Positions 8,994 through 20,999 of a stretch of DNA of 64,000 nucleotides are shown piece by piece. Position 1 is the stretch's first letter. Each line of letters begins with the position of its first letter. The DNA is taken from assembly GCA_934692665.1 (NCBI GenBank), contig CAKUUG010000004.1, positions 1,915 through 65,914 of the forward strand, given 5' to 3'. The translations under genes were made by a program, and so were the position numbers. Under the pieces are notes generated by a model that was given only the letters and a program-made list of their open reading frames with translations, ran no database searches and had not been told where the DNA came from. This DNA comes from an uncultured Candidatus Melainabacteria bacterium. GTDB taxonomy: Bacteria > Cyanobacteriota > Vampirovibrionia > Gastranaerophilales > Gastranaerophilaceae.

Positions 8994-9218
8994 ACTTTTC
9001 CCTTTGGTGATATTTTTTACTGGAATATCATACCATCATTTGATTTTTTAGTAAATTTTTTTTAAGTTTTGTGTTAAAAAATTTTTTTCGGGTATTGATA
9101 TTAATATGAGAGGTATTTTTTGTTAAATTAAGTGGAAATTGTATTTTAAATTTGTGTAATATAGTGTATAATAATATATGCCAGATGCAGATTATCTGTG
9201 CTAGAAACGGAGAAAACT

Positions 9219-9569
9219 ATGCATATTCACGTTAATGGACGTAACATCGAAATTACCGATGCAATCAAAGCATACGTTAAAGAAAAAGCAGGAAAAGTAG
9301 CTGCTCACTATGAACAAATTGATTCAATCGATGCGGTTTTATCGGTAATTAAAAATCCTTCCGTTACAGAATCTCATGTTGCAGAAATTATCTGCAAAAT
9401 AGGCGGTGAAACAATCACTGTTGAAGAAAAAGCCGAAAGTATGTATGCTTCTATTGATTTGGTTTGTGACAAATTAGATAGACAAGTGAAAAAGCTAAAA
9501 GAAAAAGGTTCATCAAAAGCAAAAACAGAATCAATTAGAACAACGACAGCAACAGCAACAGTTGAATAA
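9219..9569 (+). CDS. hpf: ribosome hibernation promoting factor (short HPF/RaiA type)
   Basis: MHIHVNGRNIEITDAIKAYVKEKAGKV is the typical sigma-54 modulation/S30EA N-terminus. GGAG lies 6 nt upstream of ATG 9219, so the track start at 9198 is less likely. Confidence 0.85.
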   Translation: MHIHVNGRNIEITDAIKAYVKEKAGKVAAHYEQIDSIDAVLSVIKNPSVTESHVAEIICKIGGETITVEEKAESMYASIDLVCDKLDRQVKKLKEKGSSKAKTESIRTTTATATVE

Positions 9570-9591
9570 AAATAGAATAATTGAAAAAACT

Positions 9592-9616
9592 AAAGCACCC
9601 ATTTTGGGTGCTTTTT
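9592..9616. terminator. bidirectional terminator between hpf and atpC
   Basis: AAAGCACCC-ATTTT-GGGTGCTTT flanked by A and T runs. Confidence 0.7.
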
Positions 9617-9641
9617 AAGTAGAATATTTAAAAAAATGAAA

Positions 9642-10049
9642 TTAGAAATGTTTGTCTTTTGCAGAAATTCTTGCAATAGCTTTTGCAAGTGCAATTTGTG
9701 CCCTTGTCATATCAAGATTTTCATCTTTTGCTTTTAGCCTTGCTTGTGCTCTTTCTTTTGCTTGTTTTGCACGAGCTACATCAATATCACAATCTAGTTC
9801 TGCGATGTCTGTTAGTATAGTTGCTCGATTGTCAGAAAATTGCAATATTCCGCCCATTATTGCAACGCACTGAGTACCTTTTTCTTTTACTGCTTTTGCT
9901 ACTCCGATATCCAGTGCACACACAACAGGAACGTGATTTTTTAATATTCCCATTGAGCCGTCTGTTGTTTTTACATACAATTCATCAATATCGTCTTCAT
10001 AAACAATTTGTTGATGAGTTATGACTTTTAAATGAATATCATTTGCCAT
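9642..10049 (-). CDS. atpC: F0F1 ATP synthase subunit epsilon
   Basis: 135 aa immediately downstream of atpD. Typical epsilon N-terminal beta domain (LKVITHQQIVYEDDIDELYVKT) and helical C-terminus. Confidence 0.9.
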   Translation of the reverse strand: MANDIHLKVITHQQIVYEDDIDELYVKTTDGSMGILKNHVPVVCALDIGVAKAVKEKGTQCVAIMGGILQFSDNRATILTDIAELDCDIDVARAKQAKERAQARLKAKDENLDMTRAQIALAKAIARISAKDKHF

Positions 10050-10054
10050 AAAAA

Positions 10055-11482
<1,428 letters not shown>

Positions 11483-11563
11483 TTATAGTTATCTAGATTA
11501 TAACTTATTTGATTTTTTAGAAAGTAAAAAAATTTTTAATTTCATCCTTTTGGATGAGAATAA

Positions 11564-12433
11564 TTATTTAAAAATTTTTAATGAAAAATCACTTCCTTTT
11601 AAAATTATATATTCAAAAGTTTTTTCAATAACAGAATGATTTTTTAGATTTTTGCTTTTTTCATCTAATGGCAAAAATTCATAATTTTCCAATTTTATGT
11701 ATCTTCTGTTTATTTCAACATAAGGACTGGCCCACGGATAAAGTGCTCTCAAGTGCCTATCTACATCGGCTTTTGGCTGGTTGAGATTTATTATAACTTC
11801 TTTTGTTGTGATTTGGTGTTCGTATGTAGCGTATTTTTCGTCTTGTTTTATTGGTTGAAGCTGATTTTTGTCTGCCAATTCGAGCAAATCTTTTACCATT
11901 TCGACTGCGAGTTTGCAAGTTTTGTTTTTTAATGTTTTGCCATTTTCATTTTCTGAAATAGTAATTGCTTCTGACAATAAAATATCGCCTTTGTCGAATT
12001 TTTCATTCATAAAATGTACAGTGAGCCCTGTTACTTTTTGATTTAAATAAATTGTCCAAAAATAAGGATTTGCCCCTCGATTTTTAGGCAAAAGTGCCGG
12101 ATGAAAGTTTATACAAGGTACAGTGGACAATATTTCAGAGCCGAATTTTTCACCCCAAGAGCCGACTATTATCATATCGGGTTTAAGTTTTTTGATTGCA
12201 GAAAGAAATTTTTTGTCATTTACGCTTTTTGCTTTTATTTCTTTTAGTTTTTCAGATTTTATGATTGTAAAATCTTCTGAAGGATTAAAAATATCTTTAA
12301 AAAAAAGTTCAAAACCGCTATATCGTCTTCTATCAGAGCGAAAAACTGCCAAAATCTCGTGGTTTGAGGATTTTATTCCTTTAATCAGAGAAAAAAGCAT
12401 TTGACCATATCCGACTAAAACAATCTTTTTCAT
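11564..12433 (-). CDS. formyltransferase family protein (Fmt-like)
   Basis: INFHPALLPKNRGANPYFW matches the formyl_trans_N active-site region, and a C-terminal Fmt-like domain is present. Whether the substrate is tRNA or a sugar is not decidable. Confidence 0.7.
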   Translation of the reverse strand: MKKIVLVGYGQMLFSLIKGIKSSNHEILAVFRSDRRRYSGFELFFKDIFNPSEDFTIIKSEKLKEIKAKSVNDKKFLSAIKKLKPDMIIVGSWGEKFGSEILSTVPCINFHPALLPKNRGANPYFWTIYLNQKVTGLTVHFMNEKFDKGDILLSEAITISENENGKTLKNKTCKLAVEMVKDLLELADKNQLQPIKQDEKYATYEHQITTKEVIINLNQPKADVDRHLRALYPWASPYVEINRRYIKLENYEFLPLDEKSKNLKNHSVIEKTFEYIILKGSDFSLKIFK

Positions 12434-12547
12434 TTTTAGAATTATATATTAAAAAAATAGAACAAGAAAGAATTTTTTTTGGCTATTAAAAACTTCTTTT
12501 CTTGTTGTATAATATGTACATATTTTTAGAAAGAGGGAGAAAGTTTT

Positions 12548-14695
12548 TTGAAAAAATTAGTTGTCGTATTATCGGTATTGTTGTTTTTAAATGGAAACTT
12601 TGGTGTCGCAAAAGAAGTTTCGCAAGCTGACATTCAACGATATAGTGCATATTATTCTAATGGTATGCAGTTTTTCAAAAATCAACAATTTTCTTCCGCA
12701 ATAACAGAATTTAAAAAAGTTCTTAGATTTTCACCCTACGACAAAACGACCCAAAATGCCCTTGCAAACACATATTACGCAAGAGCTCAGTATTATCAAA
12801 AACAAACAAAAGAATACAAAAAAGCACTTCTTGACTACAAAAGTGCGTATTTCTATGCAAAATACTGGCAAGACACTCCGCTGGATTCAAATTTGATTTC
12901 TTCATCTCTTAAAGAAATCAACGATTTAGAAAAAAGATTGGCAGTTTCGTCTTCTTTGGAATCTCGTATCCAAAGTGCAAAAATCCTAAAAGCCCAAGGG
13001 GAATTGGCTGCTGCAGGATATGAATTGGAACAGGTAAAAAATACAAAATACAAAGAAGTTGCTTATGAAAATTTGGGAAATATCTTCAAAAACCTGAACA
13101 ATCTGGCTTCTGCAATGGATTGTTACAAAAGTGCGATAGATATCAATCCAAAAAACCCAAGAACCCACTTTTGGTATGGAACAATGCTTGATGAAGCAGG
13201 AAATTTTGAAGCAAGTATGGAACAATTCAATCTTGCTTTGCAATATGGGGACAAAAGTCCTGAGTTGTTAGAAGTTCTTGAAAACAAATGGACTCAAAGC
13301 CTCGTTAAAAATCCTAACAATTCTCAAAACTATGTCAATTTGGGTGCGATTTATCAAAAACAAGGCAACTATGATGGAGCAAAAGCCCAGTATCTAAAAG
13401 CTTTGAACCTTAATCCAAATGATGAAGTTATATTGTACAATTTGGCTTCTTTGTATATCGAGCAAAAGAACTACAATGGAGCAATCGGCGTCTACAATGA
13501 GCTTTTGAGTAAAAATCCAAAAAACGCCGAAACTCTAAACTACAAAGCAGAAACATTAAAAAAACTAAACAAATTTGATGAAGCAATAAATGTTTATGAA
13601 AATATATTGGCTCTAGAACCTAACAACCAAAATGCTAAAGCGGAAATTGACGATATAATTTTGAATCATTTTTCAGGCGAAAAATTGCAAAATTACATGC
13701 AACAATTAGCTTTGAAAAACCCAAACAACTACGAAGCACAGTTTAATTATGCTCTTGAGCTTCATAAAAACAAAAATTACCAAAAAGCGACTGAATTTTA
13801 CAATAAAGCAATAGCCCTAAATTCTTCTAAAGAAGAAAGCTACATTAACCTTGCTCAGATTTATATCGAACAAAAAAATTATGAAAAAGCAAAAGAAACA
13901 ATAAATAAAGGGCTTATGATTTTGCCGAACAATTCAAAACTAAGCCAATATTTGCAAGAAGTCAAAAACTATGATGCAAATGCACAATATGACCTTGCAA
14001 CAAAATTGTTTGAACAAAAAAATTACAAAGCTGCAATTAATGAATATCTAAAAATTCAAAACAAAAACGATGATGTAAAATCAGCAATTGCCGGTTGTTA
14101 TTGGGAATTGAAAGATTATCAAAATGCCAACAAATACTATCTTGACATTTTGAAAAATCAACCAAACAATACAGAATATCTAACATCGAGTGCTTGGGCG
14201 TATTATTCTTTGAATGATTACAATAATGCAAAATCAATGGCAAATAGGGTTCTTTTGCTTGACAAAACTAATGCTGATGCAAAAAATATCATAGCAAACA
14301 TAGAAGAAATCCAAACCCAAGATATGCTGCAAACAGCTATTTCTCAATATGAAAAAGCAGATTTTACAACAGCATTGATTACATTGAACAACTTTTTATC
14401 TAAAATGCCAAACGATGAATATGGGCTATATTACAAGGCTCTAACTCTTGATGAATTAAAAAAACAACAAGAAGCAATAAAAATCTATAAAACTCTGATT
14501 TCTAAAAATCCAAATTTTGCAGAAGCGTATTATTCTTTGGCACTGGATTTGGACAATACAGAAAATTATAAAGAAGCAATAACAAACTATGAAAAATATT
14601 TGTCTCTAAAACAAGGACAAAATGATGAAACGACGAATTTTTCGACATCTAGAATAAAAGAATTAAAAGATTATTTAGCAAGTTTAAAAAAATAA
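12548..14695 (+). CDS. secreted TPR-repeat protein
   Basis: N-terminal signal-like MKKLVVVLSVLLFLNGNFGVA, then many 34-aa TPR units (A..YY..A..L.P.N). Confidence 0.85.
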   Translation: MKKLVVVLSVLLFLNGNFGVAKEVSQADIQRYSAYYSNGMQFFKNQQFSSAITEFKKVLRFSPYDKTTQNALANTYYARAQYYQKQTKEYKKALLDYKSAYFYAKYWQDTPLDSNLISSSLKEINDLEKRLAVSSSLESRIQSAKILKAQGELAAAGYELEQVKNTKYKEVAYENLGNIFKNLNNLASAMDCYKSAIDINPKNPRTHFWYGTMLDEAGNFEASMEQFNLALQYGDKSPELLEVLENKWTQSLVKNPNNSQNYVNLGAIYQKQGNYDGAKAQYLKALNLNPNDEVILYNLASLYIEQKNYNGAIGVYNELLSKNPKNAETLNYKAETLKKLNKFDEAINVYENILALEPNNQNAKAEIDDIILNHFSGEKLQNYMQQLALKNPNNYEAQFNYALELHKNKNYQKATEFYNKAIALNSSKEESYINLAQIYIEQKNYEKAKETINKGLMILPNNSKLSQYLQEVKNYDANAQYDLATKLFEQKNYKAAINEYLKIQNKNDDVKSAIAGCYWELKDYQNANKYYLDILKNQPNNTEYLTSSAWAYYSLNDYNNAKSMANRVLLLDKTNADAKNIIANIEEIQTQDMLQTAISQYEKADFTTALITLNNFLSKMPNDEYGLYYKALTLDELKKQQEAIKIYKTLISKNPNFAEAYYSLALDLDNTENYKEAITNYEKYLSLKQGQNDETTNFSTSRIKELKDYLASLKK

Positions 14696-14704
14696 AGGAA
14701 AATT

Positions 14705-15136
14705 ATGAAAATATTGGTACTGAACGGTCCAAACCTGAATCTGTTGGGAACTAGAGAACCCGAAATATATGGCAATACGACACTAAAAGATATAAATTCT
14801 TCTCTTGTTGAATATGCAAAAACTTTGTCAAAAAATATCTCACTCGAATTTTTTCAATCTAATTCAGAAGGAGAAATAATAGACAAAATTCAACAAACTG
14901 ATGCAGAAGGTTTGATTATCAATCCGGCAGCCTATACTCATACGAGTATTGCAATATCTGACGCTATAAAAGCAACAAAAATAAAAGCTGTAGAAGTCCA
15001 TTTGTCCAATGTTTCTAATAGAGAAGATTATAGAAAAATTTCTTATGTATCGAATGCTTGTATAGGTACAGTTGCCGGTTTTAGAGAAAACAGCTACAAA
15101 ATGGCACTGTTTGGATTGTTTAACGAATTAAAATGA
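14705..15136 (+). CDS. aroQ: type II 3-dehydroquinate dehydratase
   Basis: MKILVLNGPNLNLLGTREPEIYG and INPAAYTHTSIAI motifs. Confidence 0.95.
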   Translation: MKILVLNGPNLNLLGTREPEIYGNTTLKDINSSLVEYAKTLSKNISLEFFQSNSEGEIIDKIQQTDAEGLIINPAAYTHTSIAISDAIKATKIKAVEVHLSNVSNREDYRKISYVSNACIGTVAGFRENSYKMALFGLFNELK

Positions 15137-16002
15137 ATAAAGAATTTGAATTTTTAAACATAATTTCAAAATCACTTTCTGACAATAGTTTTTTAGGAAG
15201 CGATTGTGCGTATTTGGATGAATACAAAATTGCAATTTCAAAAGACATTTTAATAGAAGATGTGCATTTTTCACTTTCTTTTATGACGCCATCAGAAATT
15301 GCAAGAAAAGCACTGTTGGTTAATATTTCTGACATTTTAGCCTCTGGTGCGAAGCCAAAATACGTGCTTATCGGTTTGAGCGGCAATTTAAACCAAAAAT
15401 TTATAAAAGAATTTTACAAAAGTCTAAATGACACAATAAACGAATTCAACATAAAAATAATAGGCGGTGATTTGACAAAATCAGACAAAATCGTCGTTTC
15501 GGTTACGATTTTGGGCGATTATAAAAACAGAAATGTTTCTTCCAGATTTAATGCAAAAGATAACTACATAGTAGCGGTAAAAGGTGAATTTGGCTCGTCT
15601 TCTCAAGGGTTGGAAGATTTAATCAATAAAAAAGAAAATTACTTTACGGCTTTTCACAAAAATCCAACCCTATACCCAGAGCTATCTGAAAAAATTTCTA
15701 CAAATACTGAATTTCCTTATGCAATGATGGATTCTTCTGATGGGCTTTTGGATTGTTTGAATCAAATTTCAGAAAAAAGCAAAGTGAAAATCGAAGTAGA
15801 TTTCAATAAAATTCCAACAAAAATTGATGACAAAAACCGTATTTTGAATGGTGGAGAAGACTATAGTCTGGTTGTTTGTTTGGATAAAAGAGATTTTATA
15901 AAATTTCCTTCTCTTGTAAAAATCGGTGCTTGTTCAAAAGGTGAAGGGGTTTTTGTAGACAATGAAAAAATGATTTTTGAAGGATACAAACATTTTGACT
16001 AA
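15133..16002 (+). CDS. thiL: thiamine-monophosphate kinase
   Basis: AIR-synthase-like motifs DILIEDVHF, LLVNISDILASGAKPKY and GGDLTKSDKIVVSVTILG. Overlaps the aroQ stop by 4 nt. Confidence 0.85.
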   Translation: MNKEFEFLNIISKSLSDNSFLGSDCAYLDEYKIAISKDILIEDVHFSLSFMTPSEIARKALLVNISDILASGAKPKYVLIGLSGNLNQKFIKEFYKSLNDTINEFNIKIIGGDLTKSDKIVVSVTILGDYKNRNVSSRFNAKDNYIVAVKGEFGSSSQGLEDLINKKENYFTAFHKNPTLYPELSEKISTNTEFPYAMMDSSDGLLDCLNQISEKSKVKIEVDFNKIPTKIDDKNRILNGGEDYSLVVCLDKRDFIKFPSLVKIGACSKGEGVFVDNEKMIFEGYKHFD

Positions 16003-16636
16003 AATATCAACAATAATCACGTCAGGCGGAAATTCAACACGCTTTGGCTCGAACAAATTACTTGAAAAACTCGGAAAATATTCTGTTATCGAAACAACAA
16101 TTTCAAAATTTTTGGATTTGGCAGATGAAATAATAATTCCCTGCAAAGAAGAAATAAAAAAACATATTTTAAAGTCTTGTTTGTACAATGAAAAAATAAA
16201 ATTTGCTCCATCCGGTTCAACTCGTCAAATAAGCGTCTATAATGGGATTCTTGCTTGTTCAAATCCAAAAATCGTCTTAATCCATGATGGTGCAAGACCA
16301 TTCATCAACAAAGAAACCATTAAAAAAACAATAGAAATGACTTTTGAAAAAAAAGCCGTTGTTGTAGGAAATTTTGCTGTTAATACAATAAAAACAGTAG
16401 AAAACGGAAAAATTACAAAAACTCTGGACAGAAAAAAAATCTTCGAAGCCCAAACCCCACAGGCATTTGAATATGAACTAATCAAAAACATTCACACAAA
16501 ATACAAAGACAAAACAGATTTTACAGATGATTCTTCTATGCTGGAGGCTTGTGGCATTGAGGTTTTCGTTTTGGAAAACGAATTTAATAATACAAAAATT
16601 ACGACAAAAAAAGATTTAGAAAATTTTATAAAATGA
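15977..16636 (+). CDS. ispD: 2-C-methyl-D-erythritol 4-phosphate cytidylyltransferase
   Basis: IITSGGNSTRFG, IHDGARPF and EAQTPQAF motifs. Confidence 0.9.
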   Translation: MKDTNILTKISTIITSGGNSTRFGSNKLLEKLGKYSVIETTISKFLDLADEIIIPCKEEIKKHILKSCLYNEKIKFAPSGSTRQISVYNGILACSNPKIVLIHDGARPFINKETIKKTIEMTFEKKAVVVGNFAVNTIKTVENGKITKTLDRKKIFEAQTPQAFEYELIKNIHTKYKDKTDFTDDSSMLEACGIEVFVLENEFNNTKITTKKDLENFIK

Positions 16637-16745
16637 TAACTATCCAAAAAGCCAATAAAACCTTATGCTAAAGCATATTTAAAAACTTGCTTAAATGCTT
16701 TAAATTGTAAAATATAAATTTTTTATAAAGAATTAAGAGGTTTTT

Positions 16746-17054
16746 ATGCTTTTAGATAAAAAATACAATCAAAATGAAAACTATTATTCAAACGAATTTA
16801 AAAATGTTTCAAAAGAAATATTGCCTTGGCTTGAAAATATAGCGATGGAATATAGGTGTAAAATCGAAAAAAAAGAATGGAAAAGTAAATACAACAACTA
16901 TGTAATCTATGATTACGAGCCGTTTTGTTCTGATGGCTTTGAAATAAATGTTACTCTTTCGTCTTATCAAAATGAATTTTTGAATTTTGTGAGATATTTG
17001 TATGACAACAAAGTTCAAACAATCGGATATCTGAAAAATTGCTTAACTCTATAA
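16746..17054 (+). CDS. hypothetical protein (102 aa)
   Basis: ORF preceded by AGAGG RBS. No family recognised. Confidence 0.5.
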   Translation: MLLDKKYNQNENYYSNEFKNVSKEILPWLENIAMEYRCKIEKKEWKSKYNNYVIYDYEPFCSDGFEINVTLSSYQNEFLNFVRYLYDNKVQTIGYLKNCLTL

Positions 17055-17206
17055 AAATCAAATTTATAAACGACTTGCACAAAAGAAAATTAAGCGATAG
17101 AATATTAAGAAATATAAAATTTCGGTCTTTTTCAATAATAGACTAGCAAAATTTTTTATTTTTATGTTTTGTATAAGAAATTGAATTTTATTAAACACAG
17201 CCGCTA

Positions 17207-17566
17207 ATGGAGAAAATAATGAGTAACGATATATCAAGAGATTTGACTAGCTATGACAAAGTTAAGATTCCATCAGGCAGAATAGAATCAACAAAAACAA
17301 CCGAATCTATTTCTGTATCTGAAGAATTGAAAACTGGTTCTGAAGCTATGCAATGTCTTGGTGCAATGGGCTGTGCACAAGTAAACATGCAAAAAAATTC
17401 TATCAGAAAATCAACAGAAGAATTTATGAATGATCCTTTTTTGTATGAAACAAAAATGAATTTTTGTGATAGTTTAATAAAAGATGGATACGATATTTTT
17501 AAAGCTATGGAAATTACAGATAATTTTTTTGACTGTTTAAAAGATGAAAATACATATAGGGATTAA
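17207..17566 (+). CDS. hypothetical protein (119 aa)
   Basis: ORF with GGAG upstream and a promoter-like TTGCAC-17-TAGAAT near 17075-17105. No family recognised. Confidence 0.5.
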   Translation: MEKIMSNDISRDLTSYDKVKIPSGRIESTKTTESISVSEELKTGSEAMQCLGAMGCAQVNMQKNSIRKSTEEFMNDPFLYETKMNFCDSLIKDGYDIFKAMEITDNFFDCLKDENTYRD

Positions 17567-17567
17567 G

Positions 17568-18230
17568 ATGGAAACAATATCAAAAAATTTAACAATACTG
17601 AATCACCCCGTAATAAGCCACAATTTGGCAATAATTAGAGATAAAAATTCTTCTTGCGAAATATTCAAAAACGCACTCAAACGTATTACTTATGCATTGA
17701 TTTTTGAGGCGACAAAAAATCTTCATACAACAAAAAAAGAAGTCGAAACTCCTTTGACAAAGACAGTTTGCGATGTTTTTGATAATGAGAGTCAACTTAT
17801 CATTGCACCTATTTTGCGTGCAGGGATGATTTTTTGCGAAATCGCACAAGAAATGCTTCCTTTCGCAAACGTTCATCATATCGGGATGTACAGAGATGAA
17901 GAAACTCTTGAGCCTGTTTGGTATTATGATAAAAGAAAAGAAATCAAAAAAGACAAATCAAAAGTCCAAGTTATTTTGCTTGATCCTATGCTTGCAACAG
18001 GCAACAGTGCAATTGATGCAATCAAAAACTTCATTTCAAAAGGCGTGTTAGAAGAAAATATCGTATTTATGAGTCTTATTTCTTCGCCTGTTGGCATAGA
18101 AAAAGTTGCAAAAACATTCCCAAAAGTTCAAATAATCACGGCTCATCTGGACGATTCTCTAAATTCAAAAGGTTACATTTTACCGGGGCTTGGTGATGCA
18201 GGAGATAGAATATACAATACTATTGATTAG
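17568..18230 (+). CDS. upp: uracil phosphoribosyltransferase
   Basis: ILRAGM, LLDPMLATGNSA and C-terminal YILPGLGDAGDRIYNT. ATG 17568 lies 1 nt after the preceding stop; the track start at 17544 overlaps the upstream gene. Confidence 0.92.
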   Translation: METISKNLTILNHPVISHNLAIIRDKNSSCEIFKNALKRITYALIFEATKNLHTTKKEVETPLTKTVCDVFDNESQLIIAPILRAGMIFCEIAQEMLPFANVHHIGMYRDEETLEPVWYYDKRKEIKKDKSKVQVILLDPMLATGNSAIDAIKNFISKGVLEENIVFMSLISSPVGIEKVAKTFPKVQIITAHLDDSLNSKGYILPGLGDAGDRIYNTID

Positions 18231-18240
18231 TTTTTTAAAA

Positions 18241-18675
18241 CTATTTCACATCAAAAATAAATTCATCCCCGCCAAAATGTTTTAGTCTGACATTCTTCTT
18301 TCCGTGGATTGTGATGAGTGATTTAATTTCGCCATTTTTGTAGTTTTTAAATTCACTTCTTGAAACGGTAGGGTAAATATAAAACAAATGGAAAGTTCTG
18401 AATTTTTCATCATTTAAAAGAAGAACTTTCTTTTGTGTCATGCGTTTATTTTTTATTGAATATTTTTTGTTTCTGTCAAATTCAGAAACCAAAACAATTT
18501 CGTAATCGGGAAAAAGTTCTTGTACTTGTTCTTTTGTTAACAATTCACTGTTTTCATAAAATTTCAATTCATCTTCGTTGAAGATTATTGTTCGATTGTC
18601 AAATTTTAGTTCATAATTTGCAAAAGCAGGTAAAATCATCAATGAAAACAACACAGAAAACAAAACTTTTTTCAT
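18241..18675 (-). CDS. hypothetical secreted protein (144 aa)
   Basis: Signal-like MKKVLFSVLFSLMILPAFA. No family recognised. Confidence 0.55.
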   Translation of the reverse strand: MKKVLFSVLFSLMILPAFANYELKFDNRTIIFNEDELKFYENSELLTKEQVQELFPDYEIVLVSEFDRNKKYSIKNKRMTQKKVLLLNDEKFRTFHLFYIYPTVSRSEFKNYKNGEIKSLITIHGKKNVRLKHFGGDEFIFDVK

Positions 18676-18752
18676 AAAAACTTCCTTTTTTATTTCACTT
18701 TAGCATAAAAACAATTTTTGATAAAAACAAAAATATGCTATAATTTTTCTAT

Positions 18753-20996
18753 ATGAAAAAACTCAACATAGCATTTATTTGGCATTTTCATCAACCAAAT
18801 TACCAAGCTGATTTTGATGGTGACTTTTTACTTCCTTGGGCAAGACTCCATGCGGGCAAAGATTACCTCGATATGCTAAAATGGACAGACAAATTTCAAA
18901 ATTTAAAACTGAATTTTGACTTTTCGCCTGTGCTTTTATCGGCTTTGCAAAAGTATTTGGATGGTGCAATGGATTTGCATTTGAGGGTTTTTTTGAAAGA
19001 TGAAAATGAAATAACTGAAAAAGAAAAGATTTTCATCTTGAACAATTATTTCGACTTGAATTACAAAAATATGGTTCTAAAAAATCAATATTTTACAGAA
19101 CTGTACAACAGACGCTCTGATGCGGAAAATCTCAATGTCGATATGTTCACAAACCAAGAATACTCGGACATTATGGCAAATTTCACTTTGCTTTGGATTG
19201 ATGAAAGTTTTAAAAACGACTATTCTATTTTAAAAGGGCTTTTTGAAAAACAAAAAAACTACACTTTAGCAGATAGAAAAAAAATCTACGAAATTCAACT
19301 CGACATAATGAGAAGAATTTTAAAAGAGTACAAACAATACCAAAATGAAAACAAAATCGAAGTTTCAACAAGTCCGTATTATCACCCTGTTTTGCCTTTG
19401 TTAATTGATTTTAAAAATAAATCAATAAAAAACAAAGAAAATCTTCCCCAAAATCAAAACTTTTATGAAGATGCAAAACAACAAGTCGAGCTTGCTATCA
19501 AAAAATATGAAGAAATCTTCGGCAAAAAACCAAACGGTTTTTGGTTGTCTGAGCAATGTATCTGTCCAAAAACTGCAGAATTGTTGTCGAATTATGGTAT
19601 AAATTGGACAATTTCTGATGAAGGGATACTGTCAAAAACCCTAAAAAGAGAATTTATAAGGGATTTTGAAGGCAATTTGGAAAATCCTTTTGATTTGGCA
19701 CAAGTATACAAAACAAAAAGCAAACACCCTATAAACATTCTTTTTGGCGATTCGTTTTTTTCTAATTTGATTAACTTTGGATATGGAAATTACGATTATC
19801 GAGTGGCTGCTAATGATTTGTATGAAAAAATAAAAATAATCCAATACAAACTTCAAAATTCTCCAAAAGAAAACCACATTATCACAATTGCAATGGATGG
19901 AGAAAATTGTTGGGAAACATATCAAAATGATGGCAACGACTTTTTGAATGCTTTGTATGGACTGATTTCAGAAGACGCTACATTAGAAACTGTGCTTGTT
20001 AATGATTTTATCAAACAAAACAAACAAGAACCTATTGAAAACTTGCAATCGGGTTCTTGGATAAAGAGAAATTTCGACTTGTGGATAGGTGAATCAACAA
20101 AAAATGTTGCTTGGCTATATTTGTCCAGTGTTGAAAAAGACTTTGAAAAATATAAACAAACTGCTCTAAAAACAGCAAAAACAGGAGAAGAAAAACAAAA
20201 ATTAAAAGAAAAATTGTTTCTAGCAAAAAGAGAAATCTTAATTGCACAAAGCAGCGACTGGTATTGGTGGTATGGAGAACCCAACGAATCAAAGAGCGAC
20301 GGGATTTTTGACTTCTTGTTCAGAAGTCACCTGATGAATGTCTACCAAATATTAAATTTAGAAATCCCTCAGTATTTGTCTATTCCTTTGGCAAATGCAA
20401 CAACAAGACCACTCAGAAATCCGATTGGAAAAATCACCCCAACTCTAAAAGCAACAAACGAAGATATTTCTGAATGGGAAAATGCGGGTTTTATCTTTGT
20501 GCCTGATAGTCCGACATCTAATATTTCCAGATTAATCAAAAATATTCATTTTGGTTATGATGATATGAATCTTTATTTTAGATTTGAACTGAACAAAAAT
20601 TCTGTCAAAATAAACTGGGCAAACATAGAAAACCAAATTGCGATTTATTTTTCTAATGAAAATGCACAGAATTTTTCTTCTATTCGTTTTGTGAACAAAA
20701 ACGAAAACATCTATCCTATCTTGAAAAACCAATTTTCAAACGAAGTCCGCTTTGTTTTTGATAGTCAAAAAATTTCAAAATTGCATTTTTCAAAGTCAAT
20801 AAACTGGACTTTGTGGAATCAGACAATTCCCAAAAATTCAAAAGTCGCATACAAAGACGTTATAGAAATAAAAATAGCTTTAGAAGAATTTGAAATTTCA
20901 AGAGGAAATCTTTCGTTTTTCATCATTGATGCAACAAACGAAATAATAAACGAAGTTTATCCGCAAGATGTCTTGATAAATTTAAAATTTGAATAA
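18753..20996 (+). CDS. glycoside hydrolase family 57 protein (amylase / glucanotransferase-like)
   Basis: N-terminal IWHFHQPNY, and later SPYYHPVLPLL and MDGENCWE, are typical GH57 catalytic-domain motifs. Confidence 0.85.
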   Translation: MKKLNIAFIWHFHQPNYQADFDGDFLLPWARLHAGKDYLDMLKWTDKFQNLKLNFDFSPVLLSALQKYLDGAMDLHLRVFLKDENEITEKEKIFILNNYFDLNYKNMVLKNQYFTELYNRRSDAENLNVDMFTNQEYSDIMANFTLLWIDESFKNDYSILKGLFEKQKNYTLADRKKIYEIQLDIMRRILKEYKQYQNENKIEVSTSPYYHPVLPLLIDFKNKSIKNKENLPQNQNFYEDAKQQVELAIKKYEEIFGKKPNGFWLSEQCICPKTAELLSNYGINWTISDEGILSKTLKREFIRDFEGNLENPFDLAQVYKTKSKHPINILFGDSFFSNLINFGYGNYDYRVAANDLYEKIKIIQYKLQNSPKENHIITIAMDGENCWETYQNDGNDFLNALYGLISEDATLETVLVNDFIKQNKQEPIENLQSGSWIKRNFDLWIGESTKNVAWLYLSSVEKDFEKYKQTALKTAKTGEEKQKLKEKLFLAKREILIAQSSDWYWWYGEPNESKSDGIFDFLFRSHLMNVYQILNLEIPQYLSIPLANATTRPLRNPIGKITPTLKATNEDISEWENAGFIFVPDSPTSNISRLIKNIHFGYDDMNLYFRFELNKNSVKINWANIENQIAIYFSNENAQNFSSIRFVNKNENIYPILKNQFSNEVRFVFDSQKISKLHFSKSINWTLWNQTIPKNSKVAYKDVIEIKIALEEFEISRGNLSFFIIDATNEIINEVYPQDVLINLKFE

Positions 20997-20999
20997 AAA